Notes under the pieces: model-generated | What the model saw: only the letters and a program-made list of their open reading frames with translations | Database searches by the model: none | Told to the model about the DNA's origin: nothing | From: Longimicrobiales bacterium | GTDB lineage: Bacteria > Gemmatimonadota > Gemmatimonadetes > Longimicrobiales > Gaopeijiaceae | NCBI GenBank assembly: GCA_965204735.1 | Contig: OZ242008.1 | Span: 2,080,001-2,144,000 of the forward strand | Length of the DNA stretch: 64,000 nucleotides | Direction of reading: 5' to 3' | Translations under genes and position numbers: made by a program | Shown here: in pieces, positions 29,220-38,903 of the stretch | Numbering within the stretch: position 1 is the stretch's first letter | Layout: each line of letters starts with the position of its first letter

Positions 29220-31594
29220 CTGGAGTCGGCCCAGACCGTCTTCGCGCAGGGCCGGGCCCAGACCGTCTTCGCGCAGGACGGGAGCAAGGCTCTCTCGCAC
29301 GCGGCGGGGGGCTTCGCTGGATCGCCCTCGCCGGTGTCGGGGCGGCGGCTTGGGCGGGCGCCGTCGCTCCCGTCCGCGGCCTCGAGCAGCGACGGGCGGA
29401 GGCGGAGGAGGTCCGTGGCCTCGAGCAGCGACAGGCGTCGGCGGAGGGGGTTCGCGGCAGGGTGACGGAGGCAGAGACGGGCACTCCGGTTCCCGGCGCC
29501 TTGGTGGCGTGGATCGGGCCCGGAGCCCGCTCGGCCGAAGCGATCGCGGACGACGGCGGCTGGTTCGAGCCGGAAGCGTCGTGGGGACCCGGCGGAAGCG
29601 TCGAGGTTTCAGCGCTGGGATATCGAACCCGGGCGCTGCCCCGGCAAGACGCGGAGGCGCTGGAGTGGCGGATCGTCCTCGTTCGCGACCCTCTTGCGCT
29701 GGACGAGATCGTCGTCACCGCCGACGGCCGCCGTCGGCGCCGCTCCGAAGTCGCCCTGCACGTAGAAAGCGTCGGCGCCGCCGAGATCCGCGCCGCCGGC
29801 GCAGCGTCCGCCGACCGACTCCTGGCACGGTTGCCGGGCTTGCAGGTGACCGGGGGAACTCCGACGGGCTCCAGCATCTCGATCCGGGGCATCGGTGGGC
29901 CGCGGGTGCTGGTGCTGGTGGACGGGCAGCCGGCCGGCGGCGCGTTGATCGAGAACCGGGACTTGAGCCGCGTGTCGATGACCGGAGTCGCTCGGATCGA
30001 GGTGGTGAAGGGTCCACTGTCTTCCGTTTACGGCTCCGACGCCGTGGGAGGCGTGGTGAACGTCGTCACAAGCGCGCCGGCGCCGGGCTTTCGCGTGGAC
30101 GCACGCGCGTCGTCGGGCGGCGCGGGCCGACTCGAGGCGGAAGCGACAGCCAGCGGGGGCGGTCGGCCGACCCCGGGCAGCAGCCTCGCCTACCGAGTGA
30201 GCGGAAGCTGGCGGCAGGAGGACCGGGTGGCGGGCGTCGTCGACCGGGAAAGCGCCTTCGCCCGGGTGTGGGACCTTCGGTCGAGCATCCGGTTCGCCGC
30301 CGAAAGGTGGGTGGTGCGCGGCGACGCGAGCCTCCTCCGCGAGCGACAGCGGTGGCCTGTGGGCGCCGGCTTCTCGGGCTTCAACGACAACACCGGAGTC
30401 GCCGGGTGGATCGAAGCCCGACGCCGGACGGACCGGGGCGAGTGGACGGGGCGAGTCTTCGCTCACGACTACGACCACCTCTACCGCAGCGCTCGGGGCG
30501 ATGCGCCGATCGCCGGGAGCGGCGCTCCCGAGCAGCAGGAACGCCTGGCCAAGGCGACGGCGGCCTACTCGGCGACATGGGGCGACCATCGCTTCGACGC
30601 CGGCGTGGAGGGCGCCCTTCGGGGGATCCGCTCGCCGGAGAAGCTGCTCGAGGACCGGGCGGAGGACCGGCAGGTCGAGCTGTACGTGCAGGACGCCTGG
30701 CGGTTGAGCGGCCCGGAGCGGTCGGCGGCCGGGACCGTCGCGGCCGGGAGGGCGACGGTGCTGACCGCAGGCGCGCGAATCACCCGGAACAGCCGCTGGG
30801 GCTCCACCGCTTCCCCTTCCCTGGGGGCCGTCGCAGCGGTGGGGGACCGGGTCCTGGTGCGGGGCGCGGTGGCTCGCGGCTTCCGCGCGCCGTCGTTCAA
30901 GGAGCTGGCGTGGAACTTCGTGAACCTGGGCGGCGGGTACGTGCTTCGGGGCTTTGCCGACTTGGAGCCCGAGCGGTCGTGGAACCTCTCCGGGGGCGTG
31001 GAGTGGCAGCCGCTTCCAGACGTTCGGGGTGGCGTCGAGTTCTTCGCCAACCGGATCGAGAACCTGATCGAATCGGGGCTCGTGGGACACGCGCCCAGCG
31101 GGCTGGCGATCTATTCGCCGCGCAACGTGGCCGATGCCGTAACCCGAGGCTTCGAGCTCGACTTGCGCGCCGTTGCGGGCGCCGGCGAGTTCGTCGCCGC
31201 CTACGCCTACTTGGACGCGCGCTCCCTTCGACCCGACCTTCCGCTGGACCGGCAGGCCAAGCACTCGGCTCGCGTTCGGGCCGCGTGGACCGCCGGACGC
31301 CTCCAGTTGGACGCGACGGGCCACCTGACCGGCAGCGCCCCGATCGTCGGCGTCGGCCCAGAGAGCGCGTTCGAGCGCGTCGGCACCCAAGGGCGGTTCG
31401 CGGCCCTGGACTTGGCCGCGGCCCTGGAGATCGGCGGCGGGCACTTCGCCCTGATCGCCGGAGTGGACAACGTCTTCAACGCGCAGCCCGACGGCTGGCA
31501 GGGCTTCGTCGAGCGCCGCTTCCGCGTGTCCGGCGAGGTCGGACAATCGTTCGGGCGGACGGCGGCGCGGGCCCGCGAGCCGTCGGGAGGCTGA
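29216..31594 (+). CDS. TonB-dependent receptor
   Basis: GTG overlaps the upstream stop. Has an N-terminal carboxypeptidase-regulatory-like domain, LDEIVVTA, plug motifs ISIRG..VLVLVDG and IEVVKGPLSSVYGSDAVGGVVN, FRAP and GVDNVF. Confidence 0.92.
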   Translation: MTGVGPDRLRAGPGPDRLRAGREQGSLARGGGLRWIALAGVGAAAWAGAVAPVRGLEQRRAEAEEVRGLEQRQASAEGVRGRVTEAETGTPVPGALVAWIGPGARSAEAIADDGGWFEPEASWGPGGSVEVSALGYRTRALPRQDAEALEWRIVLVRDPLALDEIVVTADGRRRRRSEVALHVESVGAAEIRAAGAASADRLLARLPGLQVTGGTPTGSSISIRGIGGPRVLVLVDGQPAGGALIENRDLSRVSMTGVARIEVVKGPLSSVYGSDAVGGVVNVVTSAPAPGFRVDARASSGGAGRLEAEATASGGGRPTPGSSLAYRVSGSWRQEDRVAGVVDRESAFARVWDLRSSIRFAAERWVVRGDASLLRERQRWPVGAGFSGFNDNTGVAGWIEARRRTDRGEWTGRVFAHDYDHLYRSARGDAPIAGSGAPEQQERLAKATAAYSATWGDHRFDAGVEGALRGIRSPEKLLEDRAEDRQVELYVQDAWRLSGPERSAAGTVAAGRATVLTAGARITRNSRWGSTASPSLGAVAAVGDRVLVRGAVARGFRAPSFKELAWNFVNLGGGYVLRGFADLEPERSWNLSGGVEWQPLPDVRGGVEFFANRIENLIESGLVGHAPSGLAIYSPRNVADAVTRGFELDLRAVAGAGEFVAAYAYLDARSLRPDLPLDRQAKHSARVRAAWTAGRLQLDATGHLTGSAPIVGVGPESAFERVGTQGRFAALDLAAALEIGGGHFALIAGVDNVFNAQPDGWQGFVERRFRVSGEVGQSFGRTAARAREPSGG

Positions 31595-31685
31595 TCTCAG
31601 CTGGGCCCCGGCGCGGGTCACTGGCGGCCGAAGAGTTCCTCCACAAGGTCTAGCTTGTCCTGGACTTCGCGGGAGATCATCTCCG

Positions 31686-32462
31686 CTAGGCTAAAGGCTC
31701 GAAGTCCTCCCCACTCATCGGCTCGCAGCCGACCCAGCGGCCGCTTAGTTCGATCAAAAGGCGCTGGCTGGACGGTGCCGGTACGTCGTTGATGCGGACG
31801 ACAGCGGCCCGATACGTATCGCTGACATTCGTAGGCGGGGTGTCCTCGACAAGATCGGACGACACGCGACTCCCCTCGATTAGGTCCGCGACAAGGTACC
31901 GAGGCGTCCACCCAAGCAAGCCGCCATCTCTCGACCGAACTTGCACCGCCTCACCGGTTTCCGGATTGTCGAATTCCACAAACATGTCGAGAGCCTCGCC
32001 CGGACTCAATGCAGCAATCCGGGTTTCGCTGTCGGACACGTGCCGCCAGCCATGCAGGAAGAAGCGACAACTAAACTTGCTGTCGGCGTCGGGCGTGATC
32101 TTGGGGAACACCTCGTAGGTGTCGGTTATTCGACTGCCCCCGTTGACCGACAGTATCTCGAAGGGCTCTGCGTTCCCTTGGAGACCATGATTCGCAAGGT
32201 ACTCCAGGCGATCAGGTCTTCCTCGCGCCATGACTCGATTTCCAAACACCCCGAACAAAGCCGTGGACTGATACTCCCGCCATAGGTCGGGAAACTCCAG
32301 CAACGGCGGAAAACCACTGTCCGCCTGCGCCCGAAGCGCCCCCCGAATGTATCGAAATCGATGCATCGGCGTCGGATCGATGTCCAGCCGGCCCACCGGA
32401 AACCACCGTCGGCTGGTACCCCGTTTGTCCTGCCATGCCAGGAAGAGAGTTCGCTGGCTCAC
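31686..32462 (-). CDS. HIRAN-domain protein (kinase partner)
   Basis: LFLAWQD...WFPVGRL, GGSRITDTYEVFP, and HIRAN-like FFLHGWRH...EFDNP...LGWTPRYL. Start overlaps the kinase stop. Confidence 0.75.
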   Translation of the reverse strand: MSQRTLFLAWQDKRGTSRRWFPVGRLDIDPTPMHRFRYIRGALRAQADSGFPPLLEFPDLWREYQSTALFGVFGNRVMARGRPDRLEYLANHGLQGNAEPFEILSVNGGSRITDTYEVFPKITPDADSKFSCRFFLHGWRHVSDSETRIAALSPGEALDMFVEFDNPETGEAVQVRSRDGGLLGWTPRYLVADLIEGSRVSSDLVEDTPPTNVSDTYRAAVVRINDVPAPSSQRLLIELSGRWVGCEPMSGEDFEPLA

Positions 32463-33358
32463 AGCGACAGTGCCCTCAGCTTACCCTGACTGCATCTCAG
32501 TACCCCGCATGCGAACCTGCGGGCGGTCGCCGTCATCCAGGAGGGGGGTACTCTCCCGACGATGTGCTGCCACGCATCGGGAGATACGGCAGCAACCTTC
32601 ACAAGGGCAGGCGCAAAGACGTTCTTCCATGCTTCCGATGCCCGTCGCACCAGCTCCATAGGACTGGGCCCGCGACTGGCGTCAGCCGACCAGTAGATCG
32701 CGCCACGTCCCTTGGACAAGTAGTTGCTCAAGCGGTCTTCATTGAGCAGCTGTTCGCGACGAGCGTCCGTCAGCTCCCGGCCAAGCGAAGATGCATGATC
32801 AAACGACGGTGCCACCGCCACTTCCATGCAGGGACGGTCGTTAGCTGATGACGACGCAAGAACGCCCCAGTTCTCATGATGGCGATCCGTGTTTCCGATA
32901 AGCGCGTCGAGGATCAGATAGCTCGCCAGGGTCGTGCGTGCCGTCAGTCTGCCAGACACACGAAAGACTTCGTCTACCGCGGCAAAGATGTTCGCCAGTG
33001 TATGCTCTGGCTGATGATATGTTCGGTCTGGATTGTAGTCGTCAATCGCTCTGCGCAGCAGTTCATTGCCGTGGCGGAGAACCTTGTTGTCGGTGGTGAA
33101 GTCCTTCGTTACGGATCCCCTTACTCCGTCGTATACGGCCAAGTCCACTTCCGCGTGGCACACACCAATTTCGCTGGCCACTTCGGCGGCGATCTTCTCC
33201 GCCCAGTGCTCGCCGGTATTGGGGCGTGGATGTTTGAAGAGCAACCGGTCGCCCGTTGTCGGATCGCGGTACCAGATCTTCCTCTTGGCTCCCATGGGTT
33301 CCGGCTTGATGGCCCAGGCCGGCGTCACTTCGACGACCCGATACGGCTCGGCAGTCAT
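32459..33358 (-). CDS. HipA-like (PI3/4-kinase fold) protein kinase
   Basis: Motifs EPMGAKRK, LFKHPR..TGEHWAEK, LDALIGNTDRHHENWG and APSFDHASSLG. Confidence 0.88.
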   Translation of the reverse strand: MTAEPYRVVEVTPAWAIKPEPMGAKRKIWYRDPTTGDRLLFKHPRPNTGEHWAEKIAAEVASEIGVCHAEVDLAVYDGVRGSVTKDFTTDNKVLRHGNELLRRAIDDYNPDRTYHQPEHTLANIFAAVDEVFRVSGRLTARTTLASYLILDALIGNTDRHHENWGVLASSSANDRPCMEVAVAPSFDHASSLGRELTDARREQLLNEDRLSNYLSKGRGAIYWSADASRGPSPMELVRRASEAWKNVFAPALVKVAAVSPDAWQHIVGRVPPSWMTATARRFACGVLRCSQGKLRALSL

Positions 33359-33365
33359 GCACACC

Positions 33366-36300
33366 TCACGAGATCACGCCCAGCCCCAGCGCCTGGACGC
33401 GGCGGTTGAACTCGGCCAGATCGTCGCCCAGGAGGGACTCCAGCTCGTCGCGGATGCGCAGGAGACGCTCCCGCAGCACGGCGTGGACCTCGCCCTGCTG
33501 GTCCGTGGGCGGGAAGTCGCCCACCGACACCGTAGCGAAGAGGTAGCCCAGGCGCTCGATCACGCGGGTCGGGTAGCGGATGCCGTCCTGGCCGGTCCCC
33601 GTGGCCCGCATCTGGAAGAGTCCCTGCTCCGCCGCGATCAGCCGTTCGTCCAGCGAGTCGGCGGCGGCGGCCAAGGCGCTCGAGGCGTCGTCGTCCCGGT
33701 CTTCCAGCACCGCCTTGGCGTCCCGCAGCTGGCGGCGCACCCACTCCACCCGGTTGACCAGCTCGGCGGCGGTCTCGTAGTCGGCGCGGAGCGCCTCCAG
33801 CATGGCCTGCTGGACCCGGATGTCGGCCAGCGTCCCTTCGGAGTGGGGGTCCTTGCGAACTTCCAGGGTCTGGACAAGGGCGCCCCCGGCCAGGAGTTCG
33901 TCGCCCGAAGGCTCGTCCCCGGCGGACTCGATGCTCGATCCTTCGCCGGAGTCGTCGCCGGCCGGCTCCCCCGCCCCGCCGATCTTCAGCGCGACCTCGT
34001 ACTCCCCCGGCGGCTGGAGGATCACCGCCGCACCCTGGCCCGGCCCGCCCAGCACGCCCGGCAAGGGCCGCCAGCGCTCGGGCCCCAAGTCGATGTCGTC
34101 GGCGTACAGGGGCTTGGTGCGCAACTTGATCTCGGTGGCCGGCTCGCCGTTCAGGTCCCACCACACTCGGTTCACGCCCGCTTGGCCCGTGCCCTCCAGC
34201 GTCCGCACCACGTCCCCCTGGGCGTTCGCGATCTCGATCTTCACGCTGTCTTCGGTCTCCTGGGCGAGCCAATAGCTGATCGAGGCGCCGTAGGGCGGGT
34301 TCTCGCCGTCGGACTGGTCGTCGAACATGGCGAAGGGCTCGGACACCGGACGGAAGCGGTACGCGGGCCGGGGAGCGAAAAGGTGCGCGGGCGCGGCGGC
34401 GACTTCCGCCGTCAGCTGCTGGAGGGGCGTCACGTCGTCCAGTATCCAGAAGCCGCGGCCGTAGGTGCCGATCACCAGGTCGTTGAAGTGCTCCTGCACG
34501 ACGAGCCCGTACATGGGCGCGCGCGGCATGTTGGTGTGGAGCGACTGCCAGCGGTCCCCGTCGTCGAACGACACGTACAGCGACGCCTCGGTCCCCAGGT
34601 AGAGAAGGCCGGGGCGCACCGGGTCCTCGTGGATGCTCCGGGTGTAGCTGAGCACGCCGTCGTCGATGCCGTCGGTGATCGGGGTCCAGCTCTCGCCGTA
34701 GTCGTCGGTGCGGTAGGCGCGGGCGTCGAAGTCGCCCACCTGATGATGCTCGACCACCATGTACGCCTTGCCGGGCGCGAACCTGGAGGCGTCGATCCCC
34801 CGCACCACGCCGTCGGGCGGCAGGTCGGGAATGTTCTCGGTGACGTTGGTCCAGGTCGCGCCGCCGTCGCGGCTCACGTGCATCAGGCCGTCGTTGGTGC
34901 CGGCCCAGAAGACGCCGGGCTCCAGGGGCGACTCGTCGAAGGCGTAGATCACGCAACAGTACTCGACGCCGATGTTGTCGGGCGTGAGGCCGCCGCTGAT
35001 CCCCATGCGCTCCCGGTTGTTCGTGGTAAGGTCGGGGCTGATCTCCTCCCAGCTTTGGCCGCCGTTGGTGGTGCGGTGGACGTGCTGGCTGGTCACGTAG
35101 ACGGTGTTGTTGTCGTGGGGCGAAATCAGCAACGGGAAGGTCCATTGGAAGCGGTAGCGCAGGCTGTCGGCTGGCTGGCCGATCGTGGACTCGGGCCACA
35201 CCTCGACTTCGCGATACTGGCGCGTCCGAGCGTCCCAGCGAGACACGATGCCGCCCCCGCCTCCGGCCCCCGACGCGCTCGACCAGACGATGTTGTGGTC
35301 CGTCGGGTCCGGCGTGGCGAACCCCGACTCGCCGCCGCCCACCGTCTGCCACATGCCCCGGGGGATGCCGCCCAGGAAGAGGCCGCCCGTGCGGCTGTTG
35401 CTCGGCCCGCGAGTCGAAGGACCGTCCTGACGGTTGCCCATGACGTGGTACGGCACCGCGTTGTCCACAGTCACGTGGTACATCTGCGCGATCGGCAGCT
35501 GCTGGCGGTACCAGGTCTTGCCCCGGTTGCGGGAGATGGCGACGCCGCCGTCGCCGGCCACGATCTGCCGGTCGCCGTTCTGCGGATCGATCCACATGTC
35601 GTGGTGGTCCCATACCGGCCCTTGCAGGAACGGCGCCGCCGTGGACGTGACGCCGCCGTCCAGGGTGGTGCTGTACGCCGCCGCCAGGAAGTAGGCTTCG
35701 TCGGCGTCGTCGGGGTTGGCCTCGCAGCGCGTGTAGTAGGCGGTGCGGCCGGCCAAGTCGCGGTCGTAGCTGGTGAGCGCCCACTGGCGGCCGCCGTCGT
35801 CGGAGCGCCACAGCTCGCCGCCGTCGGTGTCGCCGCCTTCCCAGGGCACGGCGTCGCCCGTCTCGATCAGGGCGTAGATGCGGCCCGGGTCGTCGGCGCT
35901 CATGCACAGCGCGATCTTGCCGATCTCGCGGGTGGGCAGGCCGTTCCCCTCCAGCCGCGTCCAGGTGGCGCCGCCGTCGCGGGAGACGTGGACGGCGCTG
36001 CCGGGGCCGCCCGAGGTGCGCGTCCAGGTGCGGATCGCGATCTGCCACGTCCCAGCGAAGAGGGTGCGGGGGTTGGACGGGTCCATCACCAGGTCGCTGG
36101 CGCCGGTCTCCTCGTCCACGAAGAGGACGTGCTCCCAGGTGGCGCCGCCGTCCAGCGTGCGGTAGACGCCCCGCTCGGGCTGGGGCGCGTAGCCGTGCCC
36201 GATCGCCGCCGCGTACACGATGTCGGGGTTGGTCGGGTGCACGATGATCCGGCTGATCCGCCCCGTGCCCTCCAGTCCCATGTGGGTCCACGTGTCGCCG

Positions 36301-36701
36301 GCGTCCAGCGACTTCCAGACGCCGTTGCCGATCGAGACGTTGGAGCGGATGAACGGCTCGCCGGTTCCGGCCCACACGATGTTCGGGTCGGACGGCGCGA
36401 CCTCCACTTCCCCGATGGCGTGCACCGGCTGGTCGTCGAAGACGGGCCGCCAGTTGACGCCCCCGTCCTCCGTCTTCCAGAGCCCGCCCGACGCCGCGCC
36501 CGCATAGTACGTCAGCGGATCGCCGGCCACCCCCGCCACCGACGTGACTCGGTTCCCCACCGGCCCGATGTGACGGAACTTCATCGCCTGAAGCGCGGAG
36601 GTGGGGACTTCCTGGGCGGTCGCGGGCTCGGCGACCGGGGGCGGACGAAGGACGGCGCCAAGGACCAAGCCGGCGGCGACGACGAGGGAGCGGACGCGCA
36701 T
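33366..36701 (-). CDS. Secreted BNR/VPS10 (sortilin-like) repeat protein, putative glycosyl hydrolase
   Basis: ATG at 36701 after GGAGGAG. Has a signal peptide and many BNR S/T-x-D-G-G-x-T/S-W repeats. Confidence 0.88.
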   Translation of the reverse strand: MRVRSLVVAAGLVLGAVLRPPPVAEPATAQEVPTSALQAMKFRHIGPVGNRVTSVAGVAGDPLTYYAGAASGGLWKTEDGGVNWRPVFDDQPVHAIGEVEVAPSDPNIVWAGTGEPFIRSNVSIGNGVWKSLDAGDTWTHMGLEGTGRISRIIVHPTNPDIVYAAAIGHGYAPQPERGVYRTLDGGATWEHVLFVDEETGASDLVMDPSNPRTLFAGTWQIAIRTWTRTSGGPGSAVHVSRDGGATWTRLEGNGLPTREIGKIALCMSADDPGRIYALIETGDAVPWEGGDTDGGELWRSDDGGRQWALTSYDRDLAGRTAYYTRCEANPDDADEAYFLAAAYSTTLDGGVTSTAAPFLQGPVWDHHDMWIDPQNGDRQIVAGDGGVAISRNRGKTWYRQQLPIAQMYHVTVDNAVPYHVMGNRQDGPSTRGPSNSRTGGLFLGGIPRGMWQTVGGGESGFATPDPTDHNIVWSSASGAGGGGGIVSRWDARTRQYREVEVWPESTIGQPADSLRYRFQWTFPLLISPHDNNTVYVTSQHVHRTTNGGQSWEEISPDLTTNNRERMGISGGLTPDNIGVEYCCVIYAFDESPLEPGVFWAGTNDGLMHVSRDGGATWTNVTENIPDLPPDGVVRGIDASRFAPGKAYMVVEHHQVGDFDARAYRTDDYGESWTPITDGIDDGVLSYTRSIHEDPVRPGLLYLGTEASLYVSFDDGDRWQSLHTNMPRAPMYGLVVQEHFNDLVIGTYGRGFWILDDVTPLQQLTAEVAAAPAHLFAPRPAYRFRPVSEPFAMFDDQSDGENPPYGASISYWLAQETEDSVKIEIANAQGDVVRTLEGTGQAGVNRVWWDLNGEPATEIKLRTKPLYADDIDLGPERWRPLPGVLGGPGQGAAVILQPPGEYEVALKIGGAGEPAGDDSGEGSSIESAGDEPSGDELLAGGALVQTLEVRKDPHSEGTLADIRVQQAMLEALRADYETAAELVNRVEWVRRQLRDAKAVLEDRDDDASSALAAAADSLDERLIAAEQGLFQMRATGTGQDGIRYPTRVIERLGYLFATVSVGDFPPTDQQGEVHAVLRERLLRIRDELESLLGDDLAEFNRRVQALGLGVIS

Positions 36702-36870
36702 GAGGACTCCTCCTGGGTTGTGGCGGGCGCTGGGCGCGACGGGCGGCTCGGGTTCCAGCGCACCGAACCCCAAAGCTACGTTCCCAGCCTCGGGCGCGTC
36801 CATACGCCGCGCGGTGGCTTCGCGGCCACCAAGTTGCGTTGGGTCGACGGGGCTCGACGCATCCATGCGG

Positions 36871-37379
36871 CTACGCCGGCCCCGTTCGTCGGCGAGCGTC
36901 GGGGTCGCCGCCCGACCCGGGGCCGCCATCCGCCAACCGTCGCACGCCGTCCTGAAAGGCCTTGAAGCTGGGCGACCGGTTTCGCTCCGGCTTCATCAAC
37001 GGACCGATCTTCTCGGCCCATTGGCACTTCGCCTGCCCGGCGGCCGGCCAGCCGGCCCTCTTGACCTCGGCCGACCCGCCCGCGTGCACGGCATTGGCAA
37101 GCAACAGTCCCTGTCGTCCAGGTCGACCACCACAACCATGGCCGACGAGTCACGTGACAAGCTGTTCCCGTATCCCCGCATGATCCTGGGTAGCTGTTGC
37201 AACAAGATTCGACTGGACGGATCGCTTTGTCCGTGCAAGCCTCTGGGCAAGCGTCCCAGGCCCTTGTAGCTGTGCGTCCTCCACGAGTGGTTGTCTCCGT
37301 TCCCGCCCAAGACCGCCCGCAACACGTTGTCGACCACGATGCTTCCGGATCTGTCTTCCACCAGCACCTCGAAGTGCAT
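36871..37379 (-). pseudogene. DUF4276/TOPRIM-like ATPase partner, internally deleted and frameshifted
   Basis: N-half MHFEVLVEDRSG...VVVDLDDRDC switches near 37105 to another frame carrying a family-like C-terminus (LANAV...GWP...KCQWAEKIGP...NRSPSF). Confidence 0.7.
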
Positions 37380-37391
37380 CGCCCGATTCCC

Positions 37392-38675
37392 TCAGTCCAG
37401 ATAGTCGCTGTACCAAAGACTGCCGAGCGGAAGGCCCTCGTTCACCATTGACTCGACGACGGCGTCGTCGCTCGCCCGACGGATCGTCGCAAATCCGCCG
37501 GTCCCCTTCTCGAGGATCCACGTTTCCTTCGGGCTGAGCGCATCAACGAGGTAGGGCTGGTGCGTAGTGACAAAGATCTGAGGTGCGTTTCGCCTCCTCG
37601 TCGCCTGATCTCGAAACTCGTGCACAAGAACCTCGAGCAAACGGTGATACAGTCCGTTTTCTGGCTCCTCGACGCAGATGAAGGGCGGTGGCGCGGGGTC
37701 CTCCAGCATGAGCAAGTAGGCGAACAACTTCAGGGTTCCGTCGGACACCTGTTGCGCGTAGAAGGGCTCTTGGAATCCCTTGTCGTTGAACCGAAGAAGC
37801 AGACGTCCATCCGGGCTGCGGTCGGTGTCGATCTTCTCGACGCCAGGCACCCTCTCGGCAATCCTCCTGAGGACACCCTTGAACCGCGCCGAATGTTGGC
37901 GTTCCATGAACTGAACCACATTGCCCAGGTTGTCGCCGTGGACGCTCAGATGCCTCTGCGGTCCAGCCAGTGGCAGGCTGCGGGCAGCATCTGGAGCAAA
38001 ATAGCTTAGGTACCAACCCTCAACGAACTGCCGAAATGACGAAATGCGGGGATGTCGCTTAAGCGCACCAAGGGTCGCGATGCCCAATCTGCGACTGTCG
38101 TCGAGCGCCACTTCTTCCCTCGCGGCGCTTTCCTCGACTGTACCGCCCTTGTCGGGATCCGAACCGCCTAGCAAGCTGTCCACCTCAAACCCTGGCACCT
38201 CTTCCAGGCCGGGCGCATCTCCCTTCCAAGCCACGCCCCTGCCGTCGCTCAGCATCAAAAACGAGAACGGCCGACCGTGTCTTTGGCCTTTGCGCCGCTG
38301 CCTGAGGCGCTCGCTCGAGACGTAGGGACGACCGGACCGATCGCTGTCGATGGCAAGCTCATAGGTGATGGGACGAGCCCCGGAGTCCTGTCGATAGTAG
38401 ACCTCGAACTCTATCGGCCCTACGCTCCCCTGGGACAAGATGCGCCGAAAGCCGCCGCGGCCACGTGCGTCGCATGCTGCCTCGACACCCAGCTTTAGGC
38501 AGTCCGCCAGAAATCCAAAGGCGTCGAACAACGAGCTCTTTCCGACTCCGTTCTTGCCGATGACCGCCGTCAGCGGAGTCAGCGGATCGACCTTCTGAGT
38601 GTTCCACAACTTGCCGAGCGTGACGTCTCGGAGAACCCGGTAGTTGGTGACTCTGATTCCTTCGATCTTGGCCAT
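37392..38675 (-). CDS. ABC-type (AAA_21/AAA_15-like) ATPase
   Basis: Walker A GKNGVGKS, signature VSDGT, Walker B/D-loop VEEPENGL and H-loop VTTHQP. Confidence 0.9.
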   Translation of the reverse strand: MAKIEGIRVTNYRVLRDVTLGKLWNTQKVDPLTPLTAVIGKNGVGKSSLFDAFGFLADCLKLGVEAACDARGRGGFRRILSQGSVGPIEFEVYYRQDSGARPITYELAIDSDRSGRPYVSSERLRQRRKGQRHGRPFSFLMLSDGRGVAWKGDAPGLEEVPGFEVDSLLGGSDPDKGGTVEESAAREEVALDDSRRLGIATLGALKRHPRISSFRQFVEGWYLSYFAPDAARSLPLAGPQRHLSVHGDNLGNVVQFMERQHSARFKGVLRRIAERVPGVEKIDTDRSPDGRLLLRFNDKGFQEPFYAQQVSDGTLKLFAYLLMLEDPAPPPFICVEEPENGLYHRLLEVLVHEFRDQATRRRNAPQIFVTTHQPYLVDALSPKETWILEKGTGGFATIRRASDDAVVESMVNEGLPLGSLWYSDYLD

Positions 38676-38903
38676 TCAGCCGGTCCCTACGCCTGGACGT
38701 CGTTCCGCGAAGCCACGGCCCTCCAGATGAGATGCTCGGGACCGTGACGGGAACGATGGGAGCGAAAGGGGATCGGGTCAAGGGCGCGTCGACTGACTAC
38801 TCCAGCGCGAGCCAAGTACAGCCGGCAGTGTCGATCCGGTAGGGGCGCACATGGGTCTCCAGCCCGTCGTCCGATTCGTCGAGGCGACGATGGACAGACC
38901 TCA

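Noticed and set aside
31618..31685. Protein-like tail (AEMISREVQDKLDLVEELFGRQ-stop) on the - strand after the HIRAN gene
   Set aside because: It could be the remnant of a gene displaced by the kinase cassette, but it is too short to support.
33066..36965. 1299-aa + strand ORF and 1006-aa alternate-frame ORF
   Set aside because: Shadow frames of the BNR/VPS10 gene.
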